Positions 6,124 to 16,410 of a stretch of DNA of 28,214 nucleotides are shown here, piece after piece. The translations under genes were made by a program, and so were the position numbers. Position 1 is the first letter of the stretch, and each line of letters begins with the position of its first letter. The DNA is taken from the IMG/VR virus record IMGVR_UViG_2657244961_000001. One strand, 5' to 3'. The notes under the pieces were generated by a model that was not told the DNA's origin, made no database searches, and saw only the letters and a program-made list of their open reading frames with translations. Source of the DNA: a virus. Its lineage: Duplodnaviria > Heunggongvirae > Uroviricota > Caudoviricetes.

Positions 6124-7779
6124 ATGAGCACCAGAGAAAGCAAACTTAAAGCCCTTCATGCGCCCCGCAAAATCGACCTGCGTAAGGAAGCCGAACTGCT
6201 GGGCGTGAATATCGTGACCGATATCGGGGAAGCACAGCCCCGCAATGAACCGGTTTTTCTGGGCTATCAGCGCCGCTGGTTTGAGGATGAAAGCCAGATT
6301 TGTATTGCTGAAAAATCCCGTCGTACCGGTCTGACATGGGCCGAAGCGGGCCGCAATGTCATGACGGCAGCAAAGCCGCGCCGCCGTGGCGGTCGCAACG
6401 TCTTTTATGTGGGTTCCCGTCAGGAAATGGCGCTGGAATACATCGCCGCCTGTGCCCTGTTTGCCCGCGCCTTTAACCAGCTGGCAAAGGCTGACGTCTG
6501 GGAGCAGACCTTCTGGGACAGCGACAAAAAAGAAGAAATCCTCACTTATATGATCCGTTTCCCTAACAGCGGATTTAAGGTGCAGGCGCTGTCAAGCCGT
6601 CCGTCTAACCTGCGTGGTTTGCAGGGGGACGTGGTGATTGATGAGGCGGCATTTCATGAAGCCCTGGACGAACTCCTGAAAGCGGCCTTTGCGCTCACCA
6701 TGTGGGGTGCCCGCGTGCGGATCATATCGACACATAACGGCGTCGATAACCTGTTTAACCAGTACATTCAGGATGCGCGCGAGGGGCGCAAGGATTACAG
6801 CGTTCACCGTATCACGCTGGATGATGCCATCGCTGACGGGTTGTACCGACGTATCTGTTACGTCACGAATCAGCCGTGGTCGCCGGAAGCGGAAAAAGCC
6901 TGGCGTGATGGCCTGTACCGGAATGCGCCGAATAAAGAGAGTGCCGACGAGGAATACGGCTGCATTCCTAAAAAATCCGGGGGCGCTTATCTGTCACGCG
7001 TGCTGATTGAAGCCGCCATGACGCCAGCGCGAGATATCCCGATTCTGCGTTTTGAAGCCCCGGACGATTTTGAATCGCTGACACCACAAATGCGCCACGA
7101 CATCGTTCAGGACTGGTGTGAACAGGAGCTGCTCCCGTTGCTCGATGCGCTGTCGCCGCTCAATAAACACGTACTGGGCGAAGACTTTGCACGCCGTGGC
7201 GACCTGACGGTGTTTGTGCCGCTTGCCATCACGCCTGACTTACGCAAACGCGAATGTTTCCGCGTGGAGCTGCGTAATGTGACCTATGACCAGCAGCGAC
7301 AAATCCTTTTATTCATTCTGTCCCGTTTGCCCCGTTTTACCGGCGCTGCATTTGATGCCACCGGTAACGGCGGTTATCTGGCAGAGGCCGCCCGTCTGAT
7401 TTATGGCCCGGAGATGATCGACTGCATCAGTCTGACCCCCGCCTGGTATCAGGAGTGGATGCCAAAACTGAAAGGCGAGTTTGAAGCGCAGAACATCACG
7501 ATTGCCCGGCATCAGACCACACTTGATGACCTGCTTCATATCAAGGTGGATAAGGGGATCCCGCAGATTGACAAGGGGCGCACAAAAGATGAAGGCGGTA
7601 AAGGCCGACGACATGGCGACTTTGCCGTAGCGCTCTGTATGGCTGTCAGGGCGTCTTATATGAATGGTTTTGTTATCGACGAGGACAGCATACAGGCGCT
7701 GCCACCACGCCACCGTGGTGATGATGTTGATAACGATGATTTTGATGATTATCACCAGTTTGAACGAGGGGGCTGGTAA
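6124..7779 (+). CDS. terminase large subunit
   Basis: 551 aa; size, position and Mu-like context; no obvious Shine-Dalgarno upstream. Confidence 0.9.
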   Translation: MSTRESKLKALHAPRKIDLRKEAELLGVNIVTDIGEAQPRNEPVFLGYQRRWFEDESQICIAEKSRRTGLTWAEAGRNVMTAAKPRRRGGRNVFYVGSRQEMALEYIAACALFARAFNQLAKADVWEQTFWDSDKKEEILTYMIRFPNSGFKVQALSSRPSNLRGLQGDVVIDEAAFHEALDELLKAAFALTMWGARVRIISTHNGVDNLFNQYIQDAREGRKDYSVHRITLDDAIADGLYRRICYVTNQPWSPEAEKAWRDGLYRNAPNKESADEEYGCIPKKSGGAYLSRVLIEAAMTPARDIPILRFEAPDDFESLTPQMRHDIVQDWCEQELLPLLDALSPLNKHVLGEDFARRGDLTVFVPLAITPDLRKRECFRVELRNVTYDQQRQILLFILSRLPRFTGAAFDATGNGGYLAEAARLIYGPEMIDCISLTPAWYQEWMPKLKGEFEAQNITIARHQTTLDDLLHIKVDKGIPQIDKGRTKDEGGKGRRHGDFAVALCMAVRASYMNGFVIDEDSIQALPPRHRGDDVDNDDFDDYHQFERGGW

Positions 7780-9317
7780 TGGGCCGTATTCTGGATATTT
7801 CCGGGCAGCCGTTTGATTTTGACGATGAAATGCAGACCCGCAGCGATGAGCTGGCAATGGTCATGAAGCGCACGCAGGAGCATCCTTCCAGTGGTGTGAC
7901 GCCGAACCGGGCCGCGCAGATGCTGCGTGATGCCGAACGCGGTGATCTGACAGCACAGGCTGACCTGGCCTTTGATATGGAAGAAAAGGACACCCACCTT
8001 TTTTCCGAACTGAGCAAGCGCCGCCTTGCCATTCAGGCGCTGGAATGGCGCATCGCTCCGGCACGTGATGCCAGCGCACAGGAGAAAAAAGACGCTGACA
8101 TGCTGAATGAATATCTGCATGATGCGGCGTGGTTTGAAGATGCCCTGTTTGATGCCGGTGATGCCATTCTCAAGGGCTATTCCATGCAGGAGATTGAATG
8201 GGGCTGGCTGGGGAAAATGCGCGTGCCGGTAGTGCTGCATCATCGCGATCCGGCGCTGTTCTGCGCGAACCCCGACAATCTGAACGAATTACGCCTGCGT
8301 GATGCGTCTTATCACGGGCTGGAGCTGCAACCGTTCGGCTGGTTTATGCACCGGGCCAAATCCCGCACCGGGTACGTTGGCACCAATGGCCTTGTGCGCA
8401 CGCTTATCTGGCCTTTTATTTTTAAAAACTATTCCGTGCGTGATTTTGCAGAGTTTCTGGAAATTTACGGACTCCCCATGCGCGTCGGTAAATATCCGAC
8501 CGGCTCCACGAACCGTGAGAAAGCCACGCTGATGCAGGCCGTGATGGATATCGGGCGACGTGCCGGTGGCATTATTCCGATGGGGATGACGCTGGATTTT
8601 CAGAGCGCCGCAGATGGTCAGTCAGACCCCTTTATGGCGATGATTGGCTGGGCAGAAAAAGCGATTTCAAAAGCCATTCTGGGCGGCACCCTGACCACAG
8701 AGGCTGGCGATAAAGGTGCACGGTCGCTGGGTGAAGTGCATGATGAGGTTCGCCGGGAAATCCGTAACGCGGATGTGGGCCAGCTTGCCCGCAGTATTAA
8801 CCGTGACCTGATTTATCCCCTGCTGGCACTGAACAGTGACAGCACCATTGATATTAACCGCCTGCCGGGCATTGTATTTGATACCAGTGAAGCGGGTGAT
8901 ATTACGGCACTGTCTGACGCCATTCCGAAACTGGCGGCGGGAATGCGTATTCCGGTCTCCTGGATACAGGAAAAACTCCATATTCCACAGCCGGTCGGTG
9001 ACGAAGCCGTGTTTACTGCTCAACCGGTTGTCCCGGATAACGGTCCGCAGAAAGAAGCCGCATTATCCGCTGATGATATCCCGCAGGAGGATGATATCGA
9101 CCGGATGGGCGTTTCACCGGAAGACTGGCAGCGTTCGGTTGATCCACTGCTGAAACCCGTCATTCTTTCTGTGCTGAAAGATGGCCCGGAAGCCGCCATG
9201 AACAAAGCCGCTTCATTATATCCGCAGATGGATGATGCAGAACTTATCGACATGCTGACCCGTGCCATTTTTGTTGCCGATATATGGGGGCGTCTGGATG
9301 CCGCAGCAGACCATTGA
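7779..9317 (+). CDS. portal protein (Mu gp29-like)
   Basis: 512 aa; TAATG overlap with terminase; GAGGGGG upstream. Confidence 0.85.
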   Translation: MGRILDISGQPFDFDDEMQTRSDELAMVMKRTQEHPSSGVTPNRAAQMLRDAERGDLTAQADLAFDMEEKDTHLFSELSKRRLAIQALEWRIAPARDASAQEKKDADMLNEYLHDAAWFEDALFDAGDAILKGYSMQEIEWGWLGKMRVPVVLHHRDPALFCANPDNLNELRLRDASYHGLELQPFGWFMHRAKSRTGYVGTNGLVRTLIWPFIFKNYSVRDFAEFLEIYGLPMRVGKYPTGSTNREKATLMQAVMDIGRRAGGIIPMGMTLDFQSAADGQSDPFMAMIGWAEKAISKAILGGTLTTEAGDKGARSLGEVHDEVRREIRNADVGQLARSINRDLIYPLLALNSDSTIDINRLPGIVFDTSEAGDITALSDAIPKLAAGMRIPVSWIQEKLHIPQPVGDEAVFTAQPVVPDNGPQKEAALSADDIPQEDDIDRMGVSPEDWQRSVDPLLKPVILSVLKDGPEAAMNKAASLYPQMDDAELIDMLTRAIFVADIWGRLDAAADH

Positions 9318-10617
9318 TCTGGCGTATGCCGCACGCCTCCCGCCAAAGGAGGCTGTCGCGTATTTCCGCGCCAAAGGCTACAACATCACCTGGAACTGGT
9401 ACGAACAACTGGCAGACGCGCACGCCCGCGCCTTTACCGTTGCCAAAGCCACCCGGATGGATGTACTGACCACAATCCGTGAGGAAGTGGAGCGGGCTGT
9501 CAGTGAAGGCATCACCCGTGAGGAATTTACCCGCACACTGGCCCCCCGGCTGCAAAAACTCGGATGGTGGGGAAAACAAATCATCGTGGATGCAGACGGA
9601 AACGCAAAGGTAATCGAGCTGGGCAGTCCGCGTCGTCTGGCAACCATTTATAACGTCAATACCCGTACGGCGTACGGGGCGGGACGTTATGCGCAGATGA
9701 TGAATACCGCCGATTTGTACCCGTACTGGCAGTACGTTGCCGTTATGGATGGCAGAACACGCCCGGAACATGCGCGGCTGCATAATATGGTTTTCCGGTA
9801 TGACGACATTTTCTGGCAAACGCATTACCCGCCCAATGGCTGGAACTGCCGCTGTCGCGTCCGGGCGCTGTCTGCGGCCCGCATGAAAGAACTGGGGCTA
9901 CAGGTCAGTTATGGTGCGTCATTCATGAATACCCGCGAAGTGGATGCCGGTACGGATGAAAGCACCGGAGAGATTTTCCGCACATCGTCAACCACGTTTG
10001 ACAACGGTCGGGTAAAAATGACGCCGGATGTGGGCTGGTCATATAACCCCGGTTCGGCGGCATTTGGTACGGATCAGGCACTGATTCGAAAACTGGTGGA
10101 AGTTCGTGACGCGCAGCTGCGTGAGCAGGTTGTTCAGACGCTGAATAACAGCCGGGAGCGTCAGCTTGCTTTTTCCCTCTGGCTTAAACGTCTGGCGAAA
10201 TCACGCCGGGCCGGACATGAGGTCCGTGCGCTGGGGTTTATGACGGAAGCCGTGGCGGAGGCCGTATATCAGCGCACCGGGAATATGCCAGCCCGTCTGC
10301 TTGTGATGAACGGAAAAAGTCTGGCGACCACTGCTGATGCCGCCCTGAAACCGGAGGATTTACAGCGTCTGCCGTCACTGATGGCAAAACCACAGGCGGT
10401 ATTGTGGGACAGGGAGAACCACCAGTTGCTGTATGTTGTGGCAACCCGCGACGGCACTGCAAAAGTTGTGGTCAGAACATCGCAGGCTGTCAGCAAACAG
10501 AATGACCGGGCGGATGTGCTGGTCAGTATCAGCCGCGTATCTGCACAGTCGCTTGAAGCCGCGATTGCTGACGGGATGATTGACGTACTGGAGGGGTATG
10601 TGGAGGTGAATAAGTGA
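9298..10617 (+). CDS. F: head morphogenesis protein, Mu F-like
   Basis: Contains WQYVAVMDGRTRPEHARLHNMVFRYDD and WNCRCRV, recognised as Mu F-like; ATG 9298 chosen, GTG 9262 is an alternative. Confidence 0.8.
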   Translation: MPQQTIDLAYAARLPPKEAVAYFRAKGYNITWNWYEQLADAHARAFTVAKATRMDVLTTIREEVERAVSEGITREEFTRTLAPRLQKLGWWGKQIIVDADGNAKVIELGSPRRLATIYNVNTRTAYGAGRYAQMMNTADLYPYWQYVAVMDGRTRPEHARLHNMVFRYDDIFWQTHYPPNGWNCRCRVRALSAARMKELGLQVSYGASFMNTREVDAGTDESTGEIFRTSSTTFDNGRVKMTPDVGWSYNPGSAAFGTDQALIRKLVEVRDAQLREQVVQTLNNSRERQLAFSLWLKRLAKSRRAGHEVRALGFMTEAVAEAVYQRTGNMPARLLVMNGKSLATTADAALKPEDLQRLPSLMAKPQAVLWDRENHQLLYVVATRDGTAKVVVRTSQAVSKQNDRADVLVSISRVSAQSLEAAIADGMIDVLEGYVEVNK

Positions 10618-11084
10618 GTCTTGATATGAACGTTGCCGTGGATGTGCGACGTATTCAGCTTGCGCTGGATGAACTGGGAACCGTCACACGTGACCGCGTC
10701 ATTCCCCGTGTGATGGCTGCGGCGCTGCTGTCATCCACGGAACAGGCATTTGAACGGCAGGCAGACCCGGATACAGGGAAAGGCTGGGAAGCGTGGAGCG
10801 ATTCGTGGCTGGCATGGCGTCAGGATCATGGTTTTGTTCCGGGCAGTATCCTTACCCTGCATGGCGATCTGGCACGCAGCATTACCACCGATTATGGACA
10901 GGATTATGCCCTGATTGGCTCGCCAAAAATTTATGCTGCCATTCATCAGTGGGGCGGTACACCCGATATGGCACCCCGCCCGGCAGGCGTTCCTGCGCGT
11001 CCTTATATGGGGCTGGATAAGACCGGGGAACAGGAAATTTTTGATGCCATCAGAAAACGCGTCAGCACCGCTCTGAGGCAATAA
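10614..11084 (+). CDS. G: virion morphogenesis protein, Mu G-like
   Basis: 156 aa; GTG start at 10614 after GGAGGTG, ATG at 10626 is an alternative; position after F. Confidence 0.7.
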   Translation: MSLDMNVAVDVRRIQLALDELGTVTRDRVIPRVMAAALLSSTEQAFERQADPDTGKGWEAWSDSWLAWRQDHGFVPGSILTLHGDLARSITTDYGQDYALIGSPKIYAAIHQWGGTPDMAPRPAGVPARPYMGLDKTGEQEIFDAIRKRVSTALRQ

Positions 11085-11131
11085 ACAGAATCAGGCATAA
11101 AATCAGCCGCACAGATTTTTTAAAACGCGCC

Positions 11132-11178
11132 ACGGGATTTTTAAACCGGTATTTAACGGTGTATGAATCCCGTTTTAT
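11132..11178 (+). terminator. inverted repeat ACGGGATT(26 nt)AATCCCGT followed by TTTTAT, possible terminator or regulatory structure after the F/G genes
   Basis: 8-bp perfect inverted repeat read from the sequence; loop is long for a simple terminator. Confidence 0.25.
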
Positions 11179-11228
11179 CTTCCTTCCACTTTCTTTCTCC
11201 AGTACTCAAATAGCATAACCCCAGATTT

Positions 11229-11238
11229 TCCCGCACCT
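11229..11238 (+). promoter_or_regulatory. TCCCGCACCT motif, candidate late-promoter element upstream of the I-like gene
   Basis: Same 10-mer as 3378-3387; lies 43 bp upstream of the ATG at 11281. Confidence 0.3.
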
Positions 11239-11280
11239 CCCGCAAACTGACTGCTCACAAACCATGATGAGCAGCAGGAC

Positions 11281-12366
11281 ATGAAAAAACACGCGATTGG
11301 CATTGCCGCACTGAGTGCGCTGTCCATTGACGATGACGGCTGGTGCCAGCTATTGCCTGCCGGTCATTTCAGTGCCCGTGATGGTCGTCCGTTTGATGTA
11401 ACAGGCGGTCAGGGGTGGTTCATCGACGGTGAGATTGCCGGGCGTCTGGTTGAAGGCGTTCGCGCACTCAACCAGGACGTGCTGATTGATTACGAGCATA
11501 ACCAGCTACGTAAGGACAAAGGATTACCCCCGGAACAACTTGTCGCGGCTGGCTGGTTTAACGCCGATGAAATGCAGTGGCGTGAAGGTGAAGGATTATT
11601 TATCCACCCACGCTGGACGGCGGCGGCACAGCAGCGCATCGATGACGGCGAATTTGGTTATCTCTCTGCGGTTTTTCCGTATGACACCGCCACCGGTGCG
11701 GTGCTGCAAATCCGCCTTGCTGCGCTGACCAATGACCCCGGTGCCACCGGCATGAAAAAGCTGACCGCACTGGCGGCAGACCTTCCCGACATCCTTCAAC
11801 AGGAGAACAAACCCATGAATGAAACGCTGCGCAAGCTGCTTGCGCGTCTTGGGGTGACGGTCCCCGAAAATGCAGACATCACCGATGAACAGGCCAGCGC
11901 GGCCCTGAGTGCGCTTGATGCGCTCGAAACAGATGCCGGAAAAGTGGCGTCGTTATCCGCCGAACTGGAAAAGGCACAGAAAGCCGCCGTTGACCTGACG
12001 AAATACGTCCCGGTGGAAAGCTACAACGCCCTGCGTGATGAACTGGCACAGGCGACTGCACAAAGCGCCACAGCCAGCCTGAGCGCCGTTCTGGACAAGG
12101 CGGAACAGGAAGGCCGCATTTTCAAAAGCGAACGCACTTACCTGGAACAGCTTGGCGGTCAGATTGGCGTGGCGGCACTGTCGGCACAGCTTGAGAAAAA
12201 ACAGCCCATCGCTGCGTTATCTGCCATGCAGACCACCACAGCGAAAATTCCGTCGCAGGAAAAACCGGCGGTGGCGGTGCTGTCTGCTGATGAACAGGCA
12301 GCAGTGAAGGCGCTCGGCATTACAGAGGCTGAGTATCTGAAAATGAAACAGGAACAAGAAAAATGA
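11281..12366 (+). CDS. I: head maturation protease / scaffold protein, Mu I-like
   Basis: 361 aa; N-terminal half protease-like, C-terminal half Ala/Glu/Lys-rich coiled-coil-like; position before major capsid gene. Confidence 0.85.
   Translation: MKKHAIGIAALSALSIDDDGWCQLLPAGHFSARDGRPFDVTGGQGWFIDGEIAGRLVEGVRALNQDVLIDYEHNQLRKDKGLPPEQLVAAGWFNADEMQWREGEGLFIHPRWTAAAQQRIDDGEFGYLSAVFPYDTATGAVLQIRLAALTNDPGATGMKKLTALAADLPDILQQENKPMNETLRKLLARLGVTVPENADITDEQASAALSALDALETDAGKVASLSAELEKAQKAAVDLTKYVPVESYNALRDELAQATAQSATASLSAVLDKAEQEGRIFKSERTYLEQLGGQIGVAALSAQLEKKQPIAALSAMQTTTAKIPSQEKPAVAVLSADEQAAVKALGITEAEYLKMKQEQEK
11815..12366 (+). CDS. possible nested in-frame scaffold protein (Mu Z-like) from an internal start
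   Basis: In-frame ATG at 11815 preceded by AGGAG (11801-11805); downstream product is the helical Ala-rich C-terminal domain. Confidence 0.35.
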   Translation: MNETLRKLLARLGVTVPENADITDEQASAALSALDALETDAGKVASLSAELEKAQKAAVDLTKYVPVESYNALRDELAQATAQSATASLSAVLDKAEQEGRIFKSERTYLEQLGGQIGVAALSAQLEKKQPIAALSAMQTTTAKIPSQEKPAVAVLSADEQAAVKALGITEAEYLKMKQEQEK

Positions 12367-13280
12367 TTGTCACCCCGGCATCCATTAAAGCCCTGATGAC
12401 CTCCTGGCGTAAGGATTTTCAGGGCGGTCTTGAAGACGCCCCGTCGCAGTACAGCAAAATTGCAATGGTGGTGAACTCTTCCACCCGCAGTAATACCTAT
12501 GGCTGGCTGGGTAAATTCCCGACCCTGAAAGAATGGGTGGGTAAGCGAACCATTCAGCAAATGGAAGCGCATGGCTACTCCATCGCCAATAAAACGTTTG
12601 AAGGCACAGTGGGTATTTCCCGTGATGACTTCGAGGATGACAATCTGGGTATTTATGCGCCGATTTTTCAGGAGATGGGCCGTTCTGCGGCAGTTCAGCC
12701 GGATGAGCTGATTTTTAAACTTCTGAAAGATGGCTTTACCCAGCCCTGCTATGACGGTCAGAACTTCTTCGACAAGGAGCATCCGGTATATCCGAATGTG
12801 GACGGCACGGGCAGCGCGGTTAATACCTCCAACATCGTTGAGCAGGACAGCTTCAGCGGTCTGCCATTCTATCTGCTGGACTGCTCCCGCGCAGTCAAAC
12901 CGCTGATTTTCCAGGAGCGCCGCAAACCGGAACTGGTCGCACGTACCCGTATCGATGACGACCACGTTTTTATGGATAACGAGTTCCTGTTTGGTGCCAG
13001 CGCCCGCCGTGCTGCCGGTTACGGCTTCTGGCAGATGGCTGTCGCGGTAAAAGGCGATCTGACGCTGGATAACCTCTGGAAGGGCTGGCAACTGATGCGT
13101 TCTTTTGAAGGTGATGGCGGTAAGAAGCTGGGCCTGAAGCCGACGCATATCGTTGTACCGGTCGGACTGGAAAAATCCGCAGAGCAACTGCTTAACCGTG
13201 AGCTGTTCGCGGATGGCAATACCACCGTCTCTAACGAGATGAAGGGTAAGCTGCAACTGGTTGTTGCTGACTACCTGTAA
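12363..13280 (+). CDS. T: major capsid protein, Mu T-like
   Basis: 305 aa; ATGA overlap with I; followed by a strong terminator hairpin. Confidence 0.9.
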   Translation: MIVTPASIKALMTSWRKDFQGGLEDAPSQYSKIAMVVNSSTRSNTYGWLGKFPTLKEWVGKRTIQQMEAHGYSIANKTFEGTVGISRDDFEDDNLGIYAPIFQEMGRSAAVQPDELIFKLLKDGFTQPCYDGQNFFDKEHPVYPNVDGTGSAVNTSNIVEQDSFSGLPFYLLDCSRAVKPLIFQERRKPELVARTRIDDDHVFMDNEFLFGASARRAAGYGFWQMAVAVKGDLTLDNLWKGWQLMRSFEGDGGKKLGLKPTHIVVPVGLEKSAEQLLNRELFADGNTTVSNEMKGKLQLVVADYL

Positions 13281-13287
13281 CCGTCGT

Positions 13288-13313
13288 TAAAAGGCGGTTC
13301 AGGCCGCCTTTTA
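13288..13313 (+). terminator. rho-independent terminator after the major capsid gene
   Basis: AAAAGGCGG-ttcag-GCCGCCTTTT read from the sequence. Confidence 0.6.
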
Positions 13314-13346
13314 ACCTGATTTAAAGGAAAAGGAGGAGCATGTGTT

Positions 13347-13757
13347 ATGTCAGGCACTTCGCTTAATTCACAACGGCTGGACACTTCTCGCATCACTTGC
13401 ACGGCGATTATTAAATGTCTTCGCCCGGTCTACCGCCGCGCCGGTATCGCCTTTACGCGTGGCGAAAACACAGTGGAAGTCACCGAAGAACAACTGGCGA
13501 TCATCCGTGCCGACAGCGTGTTGTCTGTTGTATCGACAACGGCAGCAGAAACGCTCGCTGAGGCTGGGGGGCTGGACGTTCTGGGTGTGGGCGATCTGAA
13601 TACCCGTATCCGTGCGGCCGTTGCCGGTCTGGATAAGGCAAACCCGGAGCACTTTACCGCAGGGGGAGAACCCAAAGTGAAAGCCGTCAGTGCGGCGCTG
13701 GGGGAACCGGTGAGCAGTGCGCAAATCAAAGCGGCGCTGGCTGAGGCGGATGCATGA
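13347..13757 (+). CDS. hypothetical head/neck protein (136 aa)
   Basis: ATG 13347 preceded by AGGAGG (13332-13337). Confidence 0.6.
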   Translation: MSGTSLNSQRLDTSRITCTAIIKCLRPVYRRAGIAFTRGENTVEVTEEQLAIIRADSVLSVVSTTAAETLAEAGGLDVLGVGDLNTRIRAAVAGLDKANPEHFTAGGEPKVKAVSAALGEPVSSAQIKAALAEADA

Positions 13758-14179
13758 ATTACGCGACAGTAAATGACCTGTGCGCCCGCTATACACGTAC
13801 GCGGCTGGATATTCTCACCCGCCCTAAAACAGCGGACGGTCAGCCGGATGATGCCGTGGCAGAACAGGCACTGGCAGATGCTTCGGCCTTTATTGATGGC
13901 TATCTCGCCGCGCGCTTTGTTCTGCCGCTTACCGTCGTCCCCTCACTGCTGAAACGGCAGTGTTGCGTGGTGGCCTGGTTTTATCTGAATGAATCACAAC
14001 CCACAGAGCAGATCACCGCAACTTACAGGGACACGGTGCGCTGGCTGGAACAGGTGCGCGATGGCAAAACAGATCCCGGTGTGGAAAGCAGGACGGCAGC
14101 CTCGCCGGATGGCGAAAACCTTGTGCAGGTGCAGTCTGACACGCCGGTCTTCTCACGAAAACAGAAGGGGTTTATCTGA
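13754..14179 (+). CDS. head-tail connector/neck-region protein (Mu gp36-like)
   Basis: 141 aa; ATGA overlap upstream; position. Confidence 0.6.
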   Translation: MNYATVNDLCARYTRTRLDILTRPKTADGQPDDAVAEQALADASAFIDGYLAARFVLPLTVVPSLLKRQCCVVAWFYLNESQPTEQITATYRDTVRWLEQVRDGKTDPGVESRTAASPDGENLVQVQSDTPVFSRKQKGFI

Positions 14180-14727
14180 TGCTGGAAGAAACCGAAGCCG
14201 CACTGCTGGCGCGCGTTCGTGAGTTGTTTGGGGCAACCTTGCGGCAGGTGGAACCCCTTACCGGCACATGGACTAACGAGGATGTACACCGTCTCTTTCT
14301 GGCCCCTCCATCGGTATTTCTGGCATGGATGGGCTGTGGTGAGGGGCGTACGCGTCGGGAAGTTGAAAGTCGCTGGGCATTTTTTGTCGTGGCGGAGTTG
14401 CTGAACGGGGAACCGGTAAACCGGCCCGGTATTTATCAGATTGTGGAGCGACTGATTGCCGGTGTTAACGGTCAGACGTTTGGCCCGACCACCGGGATGA
14501 GACTGACGCAGGTCAGAAATCTTTGTGACGACAACCGTATCAATGCCGGTGTGGTGCTTTACGGCGTTCTGTTCAGTGGCACTACCCCGCTGCCGTCCGT
14601 GGTGGACATGGATTCGCTGGATGATTACGAGCGTCACTGGCAGACCTGGAAATTCCCGGACGAAACCCCGGAATTTGCCGCACATATCAATGTGAATCAG
14701 GAAAAGGATCATGATGCTGAAAATTAA
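14179..14727 (+). CDS. neck/tail completion-region protein (Mu gp37-like)
   Basis: 182 aa; position between capsid and sheath genes. Confidence 0.6.
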   Translation: MLEETEAALLARVRELFGATLRQVEPLTGTWTNEDVHRLFLAPPSVFLAWMGCGEGRTRREVESRWAFFVVAELLNGEPVNRPGIYQIVERLIAGVNGQTFGPTTGMRLTQVRNLCDDNRINAGVVLYGVLFSGTTPLPSVVDMDSLDDYERHWQTWKFPDETPEFAAHINVNQEKDHDAEN

Positions 14728-14917
14728 ACCCGCAGCGGGAAAAGCCATCCGTGACCCGCTCACGATGAAATTACTGGCTCCGGAGGGAGAAGAAAAGCCC
14801 CGTAACAGTTTCTGGATACGTCGCCTTGCAGCCGGTGATGTGGTTGAAGTCGGGAACACCGAAAACACGGCGGATGATACCGACGCTGCGCCGAAAAAAC
14901 GGAGTAAATCGAAATGA
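14711..14917 (+). CDS. small hypothetical protein (68 aa, Mu gp38-like)
   Basis: ATG preceded by AAGGA; ATGA overlap with sheath gene. Confidence 0.55.
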
Positions 14918-16401
14918 GCGATATTTCATTTAACGCGATCCCGTCAGATGTTCGCGTTCCTCTGACGTATATCGAATTTGATAACAGTAATGCCGTCAGC
15001 GGAACACCGGCACCCCGTCAGCGCGTGCTGATGTTCGGGCAAAGCGGAAGTAAAGCCAGTGCGGCACCAAACGTGCCTGTCCGTATCCGTTCCGGCTCAC
15101 AGGCCAGTGCGGCGTTTGGTCAGGGTTCCATGCTGGCACTGATGGCAGATGCATTCCTGAACGCTAACCGCGTGGCGGAGCTGTGGTGTATTCCGCAGGG
15201 GAACGGCACCGGTAATGCTGCTGTCGGTGAAATCTCACTGTCAGGAACGGCAGGCGAAAACGGCTCGCTTGTGACTTACATTGCCGGTCAGCGACTGGCG
15301 GTATCTGTCGCAGCAGGTGCAACGGGAGCGGCGCTGGCTGACCTGCTGGTTGCCCGAATCAAAGGCCAGCCGGATTTACCGGTGACGGCAGAAGTTCGCG
15401 CAGACAGCGGGGATGATGACACCCATGCAGATGTGGTTCTGAGTGCAAAATTTACGGGTGCATTATCTGCCGTGGACGTGCGCTGGAACTATTACGCGGG
15501 TGAAACCACCCCTTACGGGATTATCACGGCATTCAAAGCCGCCTCCGGGAAAAATGGCAACCCGGATATCAGCGCAAGTATCGCGGGAATGGGCGATCTG
15601 CAATACAAATATATTGTGATGCCCTATACCGATGAACCGAACCTGAATCTGTTACGCACTGAATTGCAGGAACGCTGGGGACCGGTCAATCAGGCTGATG
15701 GCTTTGCCGTGACAGTGCTGTCCGGCACGTATGGGGATATTTCTACGTTTGGTGTCAGTCGTAATGACCATCTGATCTCCTGTATGGGGATTGCCGGTGC
15801 ACCGGAACCGTCATACCTGTACGCCGCCACACTGTGTGCTGTTGCCAGCCAGGCGCTTTCCATCGACCCGGCGCGTCCTCTCCAGACGCTGACGTTGCCC
15901 GGAAGAATGCCGCCTGCGGTGGGGGATCGTTTCACCTGGTCAGAACGTAATGCGCTGCTGTTTGACGGCATCTCCACGTTTAACGTGAATGATGGTGGTG
16001 AAATGCAGATTGAACGCATGATCACGATGTACCGCACAAACAAGTACGGTGACAGCGATCCGTCTTATCTGAACGTGAATACCATCGCCACGCTGAGTTA
16101 TCTGCGTTATTCGCTGCGAACCCGCATCACGCAGAAATTCCCGAACTACAAGCTGGCAAGTGATGGCACCCGCTTTGCCACCGGTCAGGCCGTGGTAACG
16201 CCATCCGTGATCAAAACGGAACTGCTGGCACTGTTTGAAGAATGGGAAAACGCCGGGCTGGTCGAGGATTTCGACACGTTCAAAGAGGAGCTGTATGTGG
16301 CACGTAACAAGGACGACAAAGACCGTCTTGATGTGCTGTGCGGCCCGAATCTGATTAACCAGTTCCGCATTTTCGCGGCACAAGTTCAGTTCATTCTGTA
16401 A
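14914..16401 (+). CDS. L: contractile tail sheath protein
   Basis: 495 aa; GGAG upstream; directly precedes tube gene. Confidence 0.9.
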
Positions 16402-16410
16402 GGAGCATTT

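Noticed and set aside
12159-13256. 365-codon ORF on the - strand
   Set aside because: Lies entirely antisense to the end of the I-like gene and most of the major capsid gene, which have strong starts and recognisable products; no ribosome-binding site noted; long antisense frames are common in GC-rich coding DNA
13342-13796. Alternative-frame ORFs 13342..13599 (+) and 13368..13796 (-)
   Set aside because: 13342 begins at a GTG in the wrong frame relative to the AGGAGG-led ATG at 13347; the - strand ORF is antisense to that gene
14023-14868. 281-codon ORF on the - strand
   Set aside because: Antisense to the gp36-38-like genes; no independent support
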